From positions 3,485 to 67,484 of the forward strand of contig WGBD01000008.1 in assembly GCA_015494465.1 (NCBI GenBank): DNA of 64,000 nucleotides, read 5' to 3'. Shown here in pieces: positions 47,501 to 55,830 of this stretch (positions within the stretch are counted from its first letter, which is position 1; each line of letters begins with the position of its first letter). Under the pieces are notes generated by a model. The model worked only from the letters and a program-made list of their open reading frames with translations. It made no database searches and was not told the DNA's origin. This stretch comes from Candidatus Omnitrophota bacterium. Its GTDB lineage: Bacteria; Omnitrophota; Gorgyraeia; S143-82. Made by a program: the position numbers and the translations under genes.

Positions 47501-48561
47501 ATCATCACCAGGTTTTTAAGGAGGTAACTCTTTCCCCTCTCTCGGGCAAGGTTAAGGAGCGGGCGGAAGAACAACTTCTCTATCTTTTCCCTCCCCGCAC
47601 CGGTGAGGACGAAGAACCTGCCTCCGCTATGGAGGAACTCCAATATAGCAAGGCCCACATCCTCCGGCAGAGGGGCATTGGCCAGCAGGGTGTAGTCCAT
47701 GTCCGAGACGACGGTCGCCCTGCCGTGCTTAAATACCTTAAAGAGGTCCTCGGCCCATACCGGCAGGCGTTCCAGTTCGGTAATGACCTCGGGAGGTGTC
47801 TCCCCTCCCGCCTCCTGCACCTCGTATCGGTCTATCTCTATCCCCCCACCCACGACGGAATCGTCCAGAAAGGCACCCACATACTTCCTCGTCACTTTCC
47901 TCAACTCAAAGCGCGGGGATACAAGCGATACCAAAACCTCCTCTTCCCCGTGGGCGAGGAGGTAGCGAGCCAAGACCACCGAAGAGATCGCCAACCGCAG
48001 ATCCCTGTACTGGGCAGAGGTGGCAATAATCCCCTTTAGATTGGCCTTCAATCTATGAATCACCTCCTCGAGGGCAAGACTGCCATCCACCTCCACATCC
48101 AGATCCACGGAGTCCACCCAGAAGGCATCCCCCTCGTGAAGCACCTTGACCCGGATGGGCCTTACCCATACCCTAAACAGCCCGCCCTCAGGGGAGAGGT
48201 CATCGGATACCCCAGTCAAGGCCTCCTGAACCGCCTCCTTTATCAGGAGGTCCGAAGAGACCAACGCCTCGCCCAACGCACTTCCGCGCAGGTAAGCAGG
48301 AAGGAGACCTTCCTCCCTCTCCAAGGGATTCAGGTTCACCCAGACCGGTCTTTCCCCCACCTCCAAGGCAGAGGCAAGGAGGGGGGCAAACCTATAGGCG
48401 TTGTCTTCCCCTTCGGTCAGTAGCGTAAGGCCCTCGTCTGGCCTTTTGGGAATCCGCACCCCTACCCTTTCCCAAGCAAATACCCCAAACGGGAAGACCA
48501 ATAAGAAGGTCAAGAAGAGGACGACCCCAGGGAAGGTAGATCTCCGCAACGGACCCATCAC
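44515..48561 (-). CDS. Large exported modular protein: WVNL domain, HAD IIB phosphatase/phosphomannomutase-like domain, YvcK/CofD-like domain, C-terminal GGILL
   Basis: Signal peptide; VWVNL, ALVSSDLLIKE, RVWVRP, YRDLR, GGGI; HAD motifs SDMDYTL, LTG, YLGDGFGPDGND; YvcK/CofD motifs FLGGGT, DDGGSS, GD, IGPGSFFTSILP; ends KAGGILLF. Confidence 0.72.
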   Translation of the reverse strand: MMGPLRRSTFPGVVLFLTFLLVFPFGVFAWERVGVRIPKRPDEGLTLLTEGEDNAYRFAPLLASALEVGERPVWVNLNPLEREEGLLPAYLRGSALGEALVSSDLLIKEAVQEALTGVSDDLSPEGGLFRVWVRPIRVKVLHEGDAFWVDSVDLDVEVDGSLALEEVIHRLKANLKGIIATSAQYRDLRLAISSVVLARYLLAHGEEEVLVSLVSPRFELRKVTRKYVGAFLDDSVVGGGIEIDRYEVQEAGGETPPEVITELERLPVWAEDLFKVFKHGRATVVSDMDYTLLANAPLPEDVGLAILEFLHSGGRFFVLTGAGREKIEKLFFRPLLNLARERGKSYLLKNLVMMGESGAVAWRVEAGEMRQVYCIRLVNVLGQEKLQSLIMTLREIADRHNLRPVRGDVLLVRESSIVFCPWGYGFTREERRRLEQEIDPERSRQVREALADEIGSALGDLGVDLKVALAGTFSIDITLPGGKGIGIEKLRDVFGVDPGQVVYLGDGFGPDGNDVVVIGRVGQVVNVGDQFREGTLWVKGEMEASRQVLHVLAYANRRYNRWMEFEASALTKRLEEGNLAGVVNALTAWPEADLEELISRILPALEGFLEARTRDVMGFLTWTRETGFALQPFDVVFLGGGTSVRYLWRDVMDAFGDPSAIYLVHNLDDGGSSLRFMLAMEEEGRRDPIPLGDAANALTGFLKGWKYHLFTDDKRTKKEEVLVKTLSSVVRYLRQKNEALPEEEEDDLTRLLYLMYRIRRSHLPEVLEEDRMSLRNALLYAIMRLQFGVARSDAQEVLDSSVMLLGLDNKRIAFSQERPYTLFARRRGWTVRLQSQQGTVYAGLYRAGEGWKVKVLKGGRQEVYDLSPGSEIALAEGLVVSLEGDVPIVGGIRLVEGGGFDPAVEVEGKRVYLARDGSGRRRGAEATEEDEPVAVVGPWKVYISGEVVITQTGITEWFSQLPIVSLGFLEVESKDPKKLFALASEEGVRNLIMGKDVELLAGERGGPIVIGPGSFFTSILPFFKMRSVLEFLRQAMAEGREVVLVLPAGQDNETYGWDVDGLLGLLAEGLPGDYELTDLVSTIVIPDEKTYIPKEILPQARVSLGQAGVSVSGKAVYGLMRFSSPSARRFWEKRLDVRRVAVKWMETEARLPGQRQWRLVYDPQDMAGKLKDIFGVERILPVGERIVALQREATDLYERFRNRASAGLYEIKTLLDDIVEGRDSLKRWLKMEFPWRDLLERNEWEEIRSTLADLYPEEMEQAVDEAIAEMRSVSRVAEDEKWSLGQWLVAVGVVLEKHNLLQEGDQFLRFGLGQLIMEGESLEFLSSLIPPEGPPSRPPEKAGGILLF

Positions 48562-49043
48562 CCTTTCTTTTGGCAGAGTTTGGCCTTCATTGCCTCCTCT
48601 ACGAAGTCGGGCACGAAGCGCTTTACATCCCCTCCCAAGGCAGCAATCTCCTTGATAATGCGCGAGGAGATGTAGAAGTAATCCTCGGAGGGCATGAGGA
48701 AGAGGGTCTCTATGTCCTCGGCAAACCCTCGGTTGGTTATCGCCATCTGGAACTCGTAATCGAAATCGGAGACCATCCTTAATCCCCGCAGGAGCACCTT
48801 TATCCCCATCTTCCGGGCGAAGTCCACGACCAGTCCCTCAAACCAGACCACCTCAACCCGCTCCATCCCCTCAAGGGCCCGACGGGCCAGTTCAACCCGC
48901 TCCTCTATGGAGAATAGCGGGGACTTGCCTACATTCACCGCCACGGCCACCACGACCTTATCGAATATCTTCACCGCCCGGCGGATGAGGTCTATGTGTC
49001 CGTAGGTGATGGGGTCAAAGCTGCCGGCGTAAAGTGCGATCAT
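48558..49043 (-). CDS. coaD: Phosphopantetheine adenylyltransferase
   Basis: YAGSFDPITYGH, RGLR..SDFDYE, ISSRIIKE. Confidence 0.97.
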   Translation of the reverse strand: MIALYAGSFDPITYGHIDLIRRAVKIFDKVVVAVAVNVGKSPLFSIEERVELARRALEGMERVEVVWFEGLVVDFARKMGIKVLLRGLRMVSDFDYEFQMAITNRGFAEDIETLFLMPSEDYFYISSRIIKEIAALGGDVKRFVPDFVEEAMKAKLCQKKG

Positions 49044-49285
49044 TCCTCCAGCGCCTCCACCTCTGCCAATACCATATCCTCACCCACCAGATCGCCTTTC
49101 TTCTTCAATATCCTCAGCAGGCGCAACCTGAACGGGGCAGGTATCACGAAGGTCGCCTTGTCGGTGATGATTTCAACCACATCCGCATCTTTTTCCACGA
49201 TCTCCCCCTCCTTCACGAACCACTCCAAGACCTTCGCGGAGGAGAAGTCGTCTCCCAGATTGGGCACCTTGAGGTACTCCGCCAT
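49040..49285 (-). CDS. Stand-alone lipoyl-domain protein
   Basis: VPNLG, EWFVKEGE, EIITDKATFVIPAP (lipoyl Lys in DKA). Confidence 0.85.
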   Translation of the reverse strand: MAEYLKVPNLGDDFSSAKVLEWFVKEGEIVEKDADVVEIITDKATFVIPAPFRLRLLRILKKKGDLVGEDMVLAEVEALEE

Positions 49286-49298
49286 AATTCACCCCGCA

Positions 49299-50291
49299 TC
49301 AAATATTATACATGTCCACCTTATAGGCGCGAAGGTTTCCCCGGAACCAATCTATCGTCCGCCTAAGCCCTTCTTCTATGTCAACCTGAGGGGACCATCC
49401 GGTGCGGAATCTTAGTTTCTCTGCCGAGCAGAGAAGGAGTCTTACCTCGCTCTTTGCAGGACGGATGCGCGAGGGATCTACCTCTACCCGCAACTCCTTC
49501 CCCACTATCCGTCCCACCACATCCACTATCTCGGCAATGGTGTAACTCTTGCCCGAACCGACGTTGACCTCCTCCCCAACGAAAGCGTCCTCCAGTCCTG
49601 CCATCACCATCCCCCTGACCGTATCCTCAACATAATTGAAGTCGCGGGCGGTAGAGGTATCGCCGAGCAATAACCTGTCAGATGTAAGGGCCTGAATGAT
49701 AATCGTCGGGATCACCGCCCGGGCCGACTGACGGGGGCCGTAGGTGTTGAACGGACGCACGACCACCACCGGAAGATCAAAGGACATGTAAAACGAAAGG
49801 GCGAGTTTATCCGCACCCAGTTTGGTAGCAGCGTAAGGTGATTGGGGATTGAGGGGATGGTCTTCGGTGATAGGAACTTTTTGGGCGGTGCCGTAGACCT
49901 CGCTGGTGGAGGTGTGGACGAAGCGCTTTACCCCCGCCCGCCTCGCAGACAGGAGGAGGTTGAGCGTGCCTTCCACATTGGTGCGCACATAGGAATGCGG
50001 TGCGATGTAGGAATAAGGGATGGGGATAAGGGCTGCGAGGTGAAAGACGACCTCCACCCCGTCGCATATCCGTCGGCAGACCTCCGGATCCCGTATGTCA
50101 CCGGTAACTACCTCCAGACGATCCCGATCCCAATCCCGATAAAATTCCTCCAGGTGCCCCCAGTAGTTGAACGAATTGTAATAGGACAGGGCCCTTACCG
50201 AATAGCCCTGATTCAAAAGGTACTCCACCAGATGGGAACCTATAAACCCGTCCGCCCCGGTTACCAGTATCCTGCCTTTTACCTGCATCAC
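49299..50291 (-). CDS. NAD-dependent nucleotide-sugar 4,6-dehydratase (LegB-like SDR)
   Basis: TGADGFIGSHL, YNSFN.WG, HLAALI.IPYSY, STSEVYGTA, YAATK, RPFNTYGPRQSARAVIP. Confidence 0.9.
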   Translation of the reverse strand: MMQVKGRILVTGADGFIGSHLVEYLLNQGYSVRALSYYNSFNYWGHLEEFYRDWDRDRLEVVTGDIRDPEVCRRICDGVEVVFHLAALIPIPYSYIAPHSYVRTNVEGTLNLLLSARRAGVKRFVHTSTSEVYGTAQKVPITEDHPLNPQSPYAATKLGADKLALSFYMSFDLPVVVVRPFNTYGPRQSARAVIPTIIIQALTSDRLLLGDTSTARDFNYVEDTVRGMVMAGLEDAFVGEEVNVGSGKSYTIAEIVDVVGRIVGKELRVEVDPSRIRPAKSEVRLLLCSAEKLRFRTGWSPQVDIEEGLRRTIDWFRGNLRAYKVDMYNI

Positions 50292-50899
50292 CTTCTCCTG
50301 TATATCTCCTCCAAGACCTGCTCCACCGAATCAAACCTCTTCCCAAGGCCCTTGACCTTCTCTATCATCGCCTTGGCCTCGGACTTGCGGTACTGCAGTT
50401 GGAGAAGGACTTCCAGGGCCTCTTCAAAGACATCCGGAGCTTCTTCGGTCTGCGCTCCTTCCCTACCCTCGTCCTTTATCAGGACGAACTTGGCTATCTT
50501 GTCCTGAAGCCTGGCGATTATCTGCCGGGCCCTCTGCCGGCCAATCCCGGGCATTGAGCACAACAGGTTCTGGTCGCCCTCGCTTATAGCCTTGGCTATC
50601 ACACTAACCGGCAGGGTAAACGACTTTATCGCAGCCTTCGGCCCAATACCGGATACGGTGATGAACAACTCAAAAAACTCCCGCTCTACGGGTGAAGAGA
50701 ATCCAACCAGCGTCAGGAATCCACGGGAAGGTTCGTTCTGGAAGTACATGTAGGTGTGGAGTTCCACTTCCTCGTTTGGGGAAAGCTCCTTTAAGAAGAC
50801 CGGTGCAACCAGCACCCGATAACAGAGTCCACAATCGGTCAGGATCTCAACCGATTCCCTGTCCCTACTTACTATCTTCCCTCTGACCCTGCTTATCAT
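50288..50899 (-). CDS. ruvA: Holliday junction branch migration protein RuvA
   Basis: MISRVRG, VSGIGPKAA, PGIGRQRA, C-terminal EALEVLLQLQY. Confidence 0.93.
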   Translation of the reverse strand: MISRVRGKIVSRDRESVEILTDCGLCYRVLVAPVFLKELSPNEEVELHTYMYFQNEPSRGFLTLVGFSSPVEREFFELFITVSGIGPKAAIKSFTLPVSVIAKAISEGDQNLLCSMPGIGRQRARQIIARLQDKIAKFVLIKDEGREGAQTEEAPDVFEEALEVLLQLQYRKSEAKAMIEKVKGLGKRFDSVEQVLEEIYRRR

Positions 50900-51608
50900 C
50901 CAATATCCCCGATTCGTAAAAGAACCTACCCACTACTACTCCAAATAGATTCTGCCTAACCTGCGAGAGGGCCTTCAACCTCTCCACATCCTCCCAGCTC
51001 TTCACCCCACCCGAGGCGATTACATTCCCACGAAAGGCAGAGGAAACCTCATCGTAGAGGTTGGCATTTACGCCCTGCATGCTCCCGTCCCGGGATATGT
51101 CCGTGCACAGGAGCCACCTCAGACCCAGTTGATTAAACCTCGCCAACGCGCCGTTCACATCGTCTCCGGATGGGACCTCCCAGCCCTTCACCATTACCCT
51201 CCCCTCGCGTATGTCCATCCCCACGACGATCCTATCCCTGCCGAACCTCTCCAAGGCCAAAGGCAAGAATTCCTCATCTACGAAGGCCTTAGTCCCCACT
51301 ATCACCCGCTTTGCCCCAGCGGACAATAGCGCCTCTACCTCGTCCAACTCCCTCACCCCTCCTCCCACCTGCACCTCGAGCCCAAGCGAGGAAATGCCCT
51401 TCACCAGATCCAGGACATTGGCGATACCTCCACTGCGGGCACCCGAGAGATTGATCAGGTGTATCAGGTCATATCCAGCCTCCTTGAACCTGCGGGCCAC
51501 ATCGACGGGATCGTCAAAATAACGGGTCACCTCGTCGTAACGGCCCTGAAGGAGCCTGACTACCTGCCCGTCTAAGACATCTATTGCGGGTATAACCCTG
51601 AAAGACAT
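50865..51608 (-). CDS. hisA: ProFAR isomerase
   Basis: VIPAIDVLDGQVVRL.QG, QVGGGVR, TDISRDG, IASGGV. Confidence 0.93.
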   Translation of the reverse strand: MSFRVIPAIDVLDGQVVRLLQGRYDEVTRYFDDPVDVARRFKEAGYDLIHLINLSGARSGGIANVLDLVKGISSLGLEVQVGGGVRELDEVEALLSAGAKRVIVGTKAFVDEEFLPLALERFGRDRIVVGMDIREGRVMVKGWEVPSGDDVNGALARFNQLGLRWLLCTDISRDGSMQGVNANLYDEVSSAFRGNVIASGGVKSWEDVERLKALSQVRQNLFGVVVGRFFYESGILDDKQGQREDSK

Positions 51609-51611
51609 ACC

Positions 51612-52097
51612 TCAATAACTTATCTTCATACGCTTGTCCTCTTCCGGGGTCGTGAGGACTATCCCGTCTTCCTTGTACTTCTTCAGCATGAAGTGGGTGC
51701 GGGTCCCCTGCACCGATTCCATCGGGGAAAGTTTCTCCGCCACGAAGTTGGCAACGGTGTGGATGTCCTGACCTTCCACTATCAGGAGCAGGTCGTAGTC
51801 CCCGGAGACGAGGTAGCAACTCTTTACCTCGTCAAAGGCGTATATCCGGCGGGCCACCCGGTCAAATCCCACATCCTTTTCCGGAGTGACCTTTACCTCT
51901 ATCAGGGCAATCACCTTATCCCGTATGAGGCCGAGGGCCTCCTTGTTTATCACCGCCTTGTATCCCAGGATGATACCCTTCTCCTCGTATTCTACGATCT
52001 TTCTACGCACCTCTTCAGGGTCCCTATTAAGCATCCGGGCGATCTCCTCAGGGGTGGTACGGGCGTCCTTTTCCAGTATCTCCAGTATCTCGTCCAT
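51612..52097 (-). CDS. Lrp/AsnC family transcriptional regulator
   Basis: N-terminal HTH, GFDRVARRI, LVSGDYDL, THFMLKKYK. Confidence 0.9.
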   Translation of the reverse strand: MDEILEILEKDARTTPEEIARMLNRDPEEVRRKIVEYEEKGIILGYKAVINKEALGLIRDKVIALIEVKVTPEKDVGFDRVARRIYAFDEVKSCYLVSGDYDLLLIVEGQDIHTVANFVAEKLSPMESVQGTRTHFMLKKYKEDGIVLTTPEEDKRMKISY

Positions 52098-52118
52098 AAT
52101 CCGCCTCCGATCCGGTTT

Positions 52119-54869
52119 TCACACAAACCTACCACAGCACTTTTTGTACTTCTTCCCGCTTCCACATGGGCAGGGGGCATTCCTTGGGATCTTCTCCCCC
52201 GGTTTGGGCACATACTTGGGGCCTTCCTGCGAGAGCTGATCCCCAGAGAAGGGATGGACCGCCCTCTGGGGCACCCTCTCGAACACCGACCTTGCCCTCT
52301 TGCTTACATCTATCTTTACATTGAATATAAACGCTACCAACTCGTTCTTTATGCTGTCCATCAGGATGGAGAACATGTTGAAGGCCTCCTGCTTGTACTC
52401 GACGATGGGATCCATGTTCCCGTAGGCACGCAGGTCTATGGACTCCTTCAATAGGTCCATAGAATGCAGGTGCTCCTTCCAGTGCTTGTCTATCACCTGC
52501 AGGAATACCATCCGCATAAACTCGGTGAAGGCCTCGGGATCCGGCACCTGAGCGATCTTATCATCCAAGGCCTTCTCTATCGCGTCAAAGACGAGGTCCT
52601 TTATTTCATCCCTGTCCTTACCCTTCAGGTCCTCTTCGGAGATGCTCAGGGCAAAGTTGTGATTGAGGAAGGCGAGGAATCCGTCTATGTCCCAGTCCTT
52701 GGGGCTTATCCCTGCAGGGAGGAAGTGCTCCACCGCATTCTCCAAGACCTCCCAAGCGACATCCAATATCATCTCCCTTATGGTCTTGGCGTCCGCAAAA
52801 AGGACCTCCCGACGCCAGGTGTATATCACCTCCCGCTGTTTGTTCATCACATCGTCCAGTTCTAGGAGGTTCTTCCTTATCTCGAAGTGGTGGTTCTCCA
52901 CCCGCTTCTGGGCCATCTCAATGGACTTGGATATCAGGGGATGCTCCAGCCTCTCACCTTCCTCCATCCCCAACTTCTCCATCAGACCCTTTATCCGGTC
53001 CGATCCAAAGAGGCGCATCAGGTCGTCTTCCAAGGACACATAAAACCGGGAAGATCCGGGATCTCCTTGCCTTCCTGCCCTACCCCTCAACTGGTTGTCT
53101 ATCCGGCGGGACTCGTGGCGCTCGGTCCCTATCACGTGCAATCCGCCCAGTTCCACCACCTTTTTGTGCTCTTCTTCTGCCTGGGCGTAGAGTTTTTTGC
53201 GCATCTCCTCCTCTATCTGCTTGCGCTTCTCAGGGTCCTTTTCCTCCACCGTCGCCAGATAACTTTTGAGGAGATATTCGGGGTTGCCACCCAGCAATAT
53301 GTCAGTTCCCCTTCCCGCCATGTTGGTGGCAATGGTAACGGCCTTGTACCGTCCCGCCTGGGCGACGATGTAGGCCTCCCTCTCGTGGTACTTGGCGTTG
53401 AGGACCTGATGGGGGATACCCCGCAGTTTCAGTAGGTTGCTGAGGTACTCGGACTTTTCTATGGAAGTGGTGCCCACCAGCACCGGCCTGCCCTTCTTGT
53501 AGAGCTCCTCTATCTCCTCAACCACCGCGTTGAACTTCTCCCTCTGGGTGCGGAAGACCAGATCCGGATAGTTTATCCTGCGCAACGGCCGGTTCGTCGG
53601 TATTACCACCACATCCAAGCCGTATATCTTGCGGAACTCCGCGGCCTCGGTGGCAGCCGTTCCGGTCATCCCGGCGAGTTTACGATACATACGGAAGTAG
53701 TTTTGTAGGGTTATAGTGGCCAGGGTCTGGTTCTCCCTCTCTATCCGCAGTCCCTCCTTGGCCTCTATCGCCTGGTGCAGGCCGTCTGACCAGCGCCTGC
53801 CCGGCATGAGCCTGCCGGTGAACTCGTCCACTATAATCACCTTCCCGTCCTTGACCACATAATCCACATCCCGCTTGAATAGGTAGTGGGCCTTGAGGGC
53901 CTGATTCACGTGATGCTTCAACTCCATCGTGTCTATGTCGTGGAGGTTGTCCACCCCGAGGAGTCTGGCGACCTTCTCCTCCCCCTGCTCGGTCAGATAG
54001 GCAGTGCGGGCCTTTTCGTCCACTATGAAGTCTCCGGTCTCCTCCTTGGTCTCTTCGTTCCGCTCACCCCTCTCCAGAAGGGGGATTATCTTGTCTATCT
54101 TGTAGTACAATTCGGTGGACTCCTCTGCAGGTCCGGAGATGATAAGCGGTGTACGGGCCTCGTCTATCAATATGCTGTCCACCTCGTCCACTATCGCGTA
54201 GTGCAGTTCCCTCTGGACCATGTCCTCTTTGTGGACGACCATGTTGTCCCGCAGATAATCGAATCCAAACTCGTTGTTAGTGCCGTAGACGATGTCGCAG
54301 GCGTAGACCTTCTTCCTGTCCCAAGGGGGCATGTCGTGCTGGAGGACACCAACCGTCAGGCCCAAGAACTCGTAAATGGGACCCATCCACTCCCTGTCTC
54401 TGCGGGCGAGGTAGTCGTTGACCGTAACGATGTGCACGCCCCTTCCGGTAAGGGCGTTCAGATAGGCGGGCAGCGTCGCCACCAGAGTCTTACCCTCCCC
54501 GGTGGCCATCTCCGCAATCTTGCCCTCGTGCAGGACCAGACCACCGATGAGTTGGACATCAAAGTGGCGCATGTTAAGGAGCCTGCGGGCGGTCTCCCTG
54601 ACCACCGCAAAGGCCTCGGGAAGTATCTCGTTCAGGGCCTTCTGCTCTATCCTGAACTTGAGGTCCTCGTCCGCCTCCTTGGGGAGGTGCCGTTTGAGAT
54701 AGGCATCTATCCTCTCCCGAAACTCGTCGGTCTTGGCCCTTAGTTGGCTATCCGAAAGGGCCCGCATCTCGGGCTCGAGGGCATTTATCTTCTCTACCAC
54801 CTTCATCGCTCGCTTTATCTGGCGCTCGTTGTAGGAGCCTATCAACTTGTTTATCAAAAAATTAAGCAT
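52119..54869 (-). CDS. secA: Preprotein translocase subunit SecA
   Basis: [38 protein letters not shown]-terminal [13 protein letters not shown]. Confidence 0.99.
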   Translation of the reverse strand: MLNFLINKLIGSYNERQIKRAMKVVEKINALEPEMRALSDSQLRAKTDEFRERIDAYLKRHLPKEADEDLKFRIEQKALNEILPEAFAVVRETARRLLNMRHFDVQLIGGLVLHEGKIAEMATGEGKTLVATLPAYLNALTGRGVHIVTVNDYLARRDREWMGPIYEFLGLTVGVLQHDMPPWDRKKVYACDIVYGTNNEFGFDYLRDNMVVHKEDMVQRELHYAIVDEVDSILIDEARTPLIISGPAEESTELYYKIDKIIPLLERGERNEETKEETGDFIVDEKARTAYLTEQGEEKVARLLGVDNLHDIDTMELKHHVNQALKAHYLFKRDVDYVVKDGKVIIVDEFTGRLMPGRRWSDGLHQAIEAKEGLRIERENQTLATITLQNYFRMYRKLAGMTGTAATEAAEFRKIYGLDVVVIPTNRPLRRINYPDLVFRTQREKFNAVVEEIEELYKKGRPVLVGTTSIEKSEYLSNLLKLRGIPHQVLNAKYHEREAYIVAQAGRYKAVTIATNMAGRGTDILLGGNPEYLLKSYLATVEEKDPEKRKQIEEEMRKKLYAQAEEEHKKVVELGGLHVIGTERHESRRIDNQLRGRAGRQGDPGSSRFYVSLEDDLMRLFGSDRIKGLMEKLGMEEGERLEHPLISKSIEMAQKRVENHHFEIRKNLLELDDVMNKQREVIYTWRREVLFADAKTIREMILDVAWEVLENAVEHFLPAGISPKDWDIDGFLAFLNHNFALSISEEDLKGKDRDEIKDLVFDAIEKALDDKIAQVPDPEAFTEFMRMVFLQVIDKHWKEHLHSMDLLKESIDLRAYGNMDPIVEYKQEAFNMFSILMDSIKNELVAFIFNVKIDVSKRARSVFERVPQRAVHPFSGDQLSQEGPKYVPKPGEKIPRNAPCPCGSGKKYKKCCGRFV

Positions 54870-54925
54870 TACGAATCCCTCCTTTTCCCTCGGCAGGAAG
54901 TATTGCGTTATTCCCTATTTTATTC

Positions 54926-55828
54926 CTATGCAGGGCTGGACTCAAGTTTTGCCTTCATACGGCAGACCGCGCACAAATCTCCTGCAGAGGTGGGATACCC
55001 GCAATTGCGGCATGGAGACAGGCCCTGTCTCTCCTCCTCAGGGAAGGTGATCTGCTTCCTTGCAGAGTAAAAGCCCTTAAGGAACCTAATAATCGTCCCG
55101 GGCATGTCCTCTTCAAGGGCCAATAGGTGGCGCTTGAAGACCCTGCTCGTGGCCCCTTTGGACAAAGGGCAGGGGGACTCAACATAATCTATCCCCTGAA
55201 AGAAACAGTACATAGCGGTCTCCCTTTCGGTCACGAATACCAAAGGTTTGACCTTCCTCGCAAATCCCTCCTCCTCGGATAACTTCGGGCTCTGTCGGGA
55301 CAAATAGCTCACCTTCCACTGCAAGACATTGGCAAGCAAAGTCCCCGCCTCGTCGAACATCGTATGCCCGGTGGCCAAGACCTTTCCTAAGGCGAACCTG
55401 TTCATGTAATAGCGCTTCAGGGTGCCACAGAGAGAACAGGCAGGACGCCTCAACCTGCGGGCCACCTCGGGGATGGGCCAGCCGAATACATCCACCAGAG
55501 ACTCTATGTGCACCGGAATAGCGAACCTCTTGGAAAACCCTTCTATCACCCGCTTCGCCACATCTGAGGCGCCCTCTATTCCTAGGTCTAAAAAGTAGCC
55601 GGATACATTCCAGCCCAGATCGTGAAGGATGTGCAATAGACCAAGGCTGTCCTTCCCTCCGGAGACCGCCACGACGACCTCTTCACCCTCCCGGAAGAGG
55701 CGAAACTTCTCAATCGCATAGGAAACTCGCTTCTTTACGAACGAGACGAAGTCCGCCCTGCACAGACGCAGGTTGTACATCCGCAGGTGGACTTCGACAT
55801 CTTTAGAACCACAGAACCTACAGCGCAT
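54926..55828 (-). CDS. ttuA: tRNA 2-thiolation protein TtuA (TtcA/TtuA family)
   Basis: N-terminal CxxC zinc finger, SGGKDS PP-loop, CSLC, TGH, CP, C-terminal CxxC...CxxC. Confidence 0.85.
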   Translation of the reverse strand: MRCRFCGSKDVEVHLRMYNLRLCRADFVSFVKKRVSYAIEKFRLFREGEEVVVAVSGGKDSLGLLHILHDLGWNVSGYFLDLGIEGASDVAKRVIEGFSKRFAIPVHIESLVDVFGWPIPEVARRLRRPACSLCGTLKRYYMNRFALGKVLATGHTMFDEAGTLLANVLQWKVSYLSRQSPKLSEEEGFARKVKPLVFVTERETAMYCFFQGIDYVESPCPLSKGATSRVFKRHLLALEEDMPGTIIRFLKGFYSARKQITFPEEERQGLSPCRNCGYPTSAGDLCAVCRMKAKLESSPA

Positions 55829-55830
55829 GA

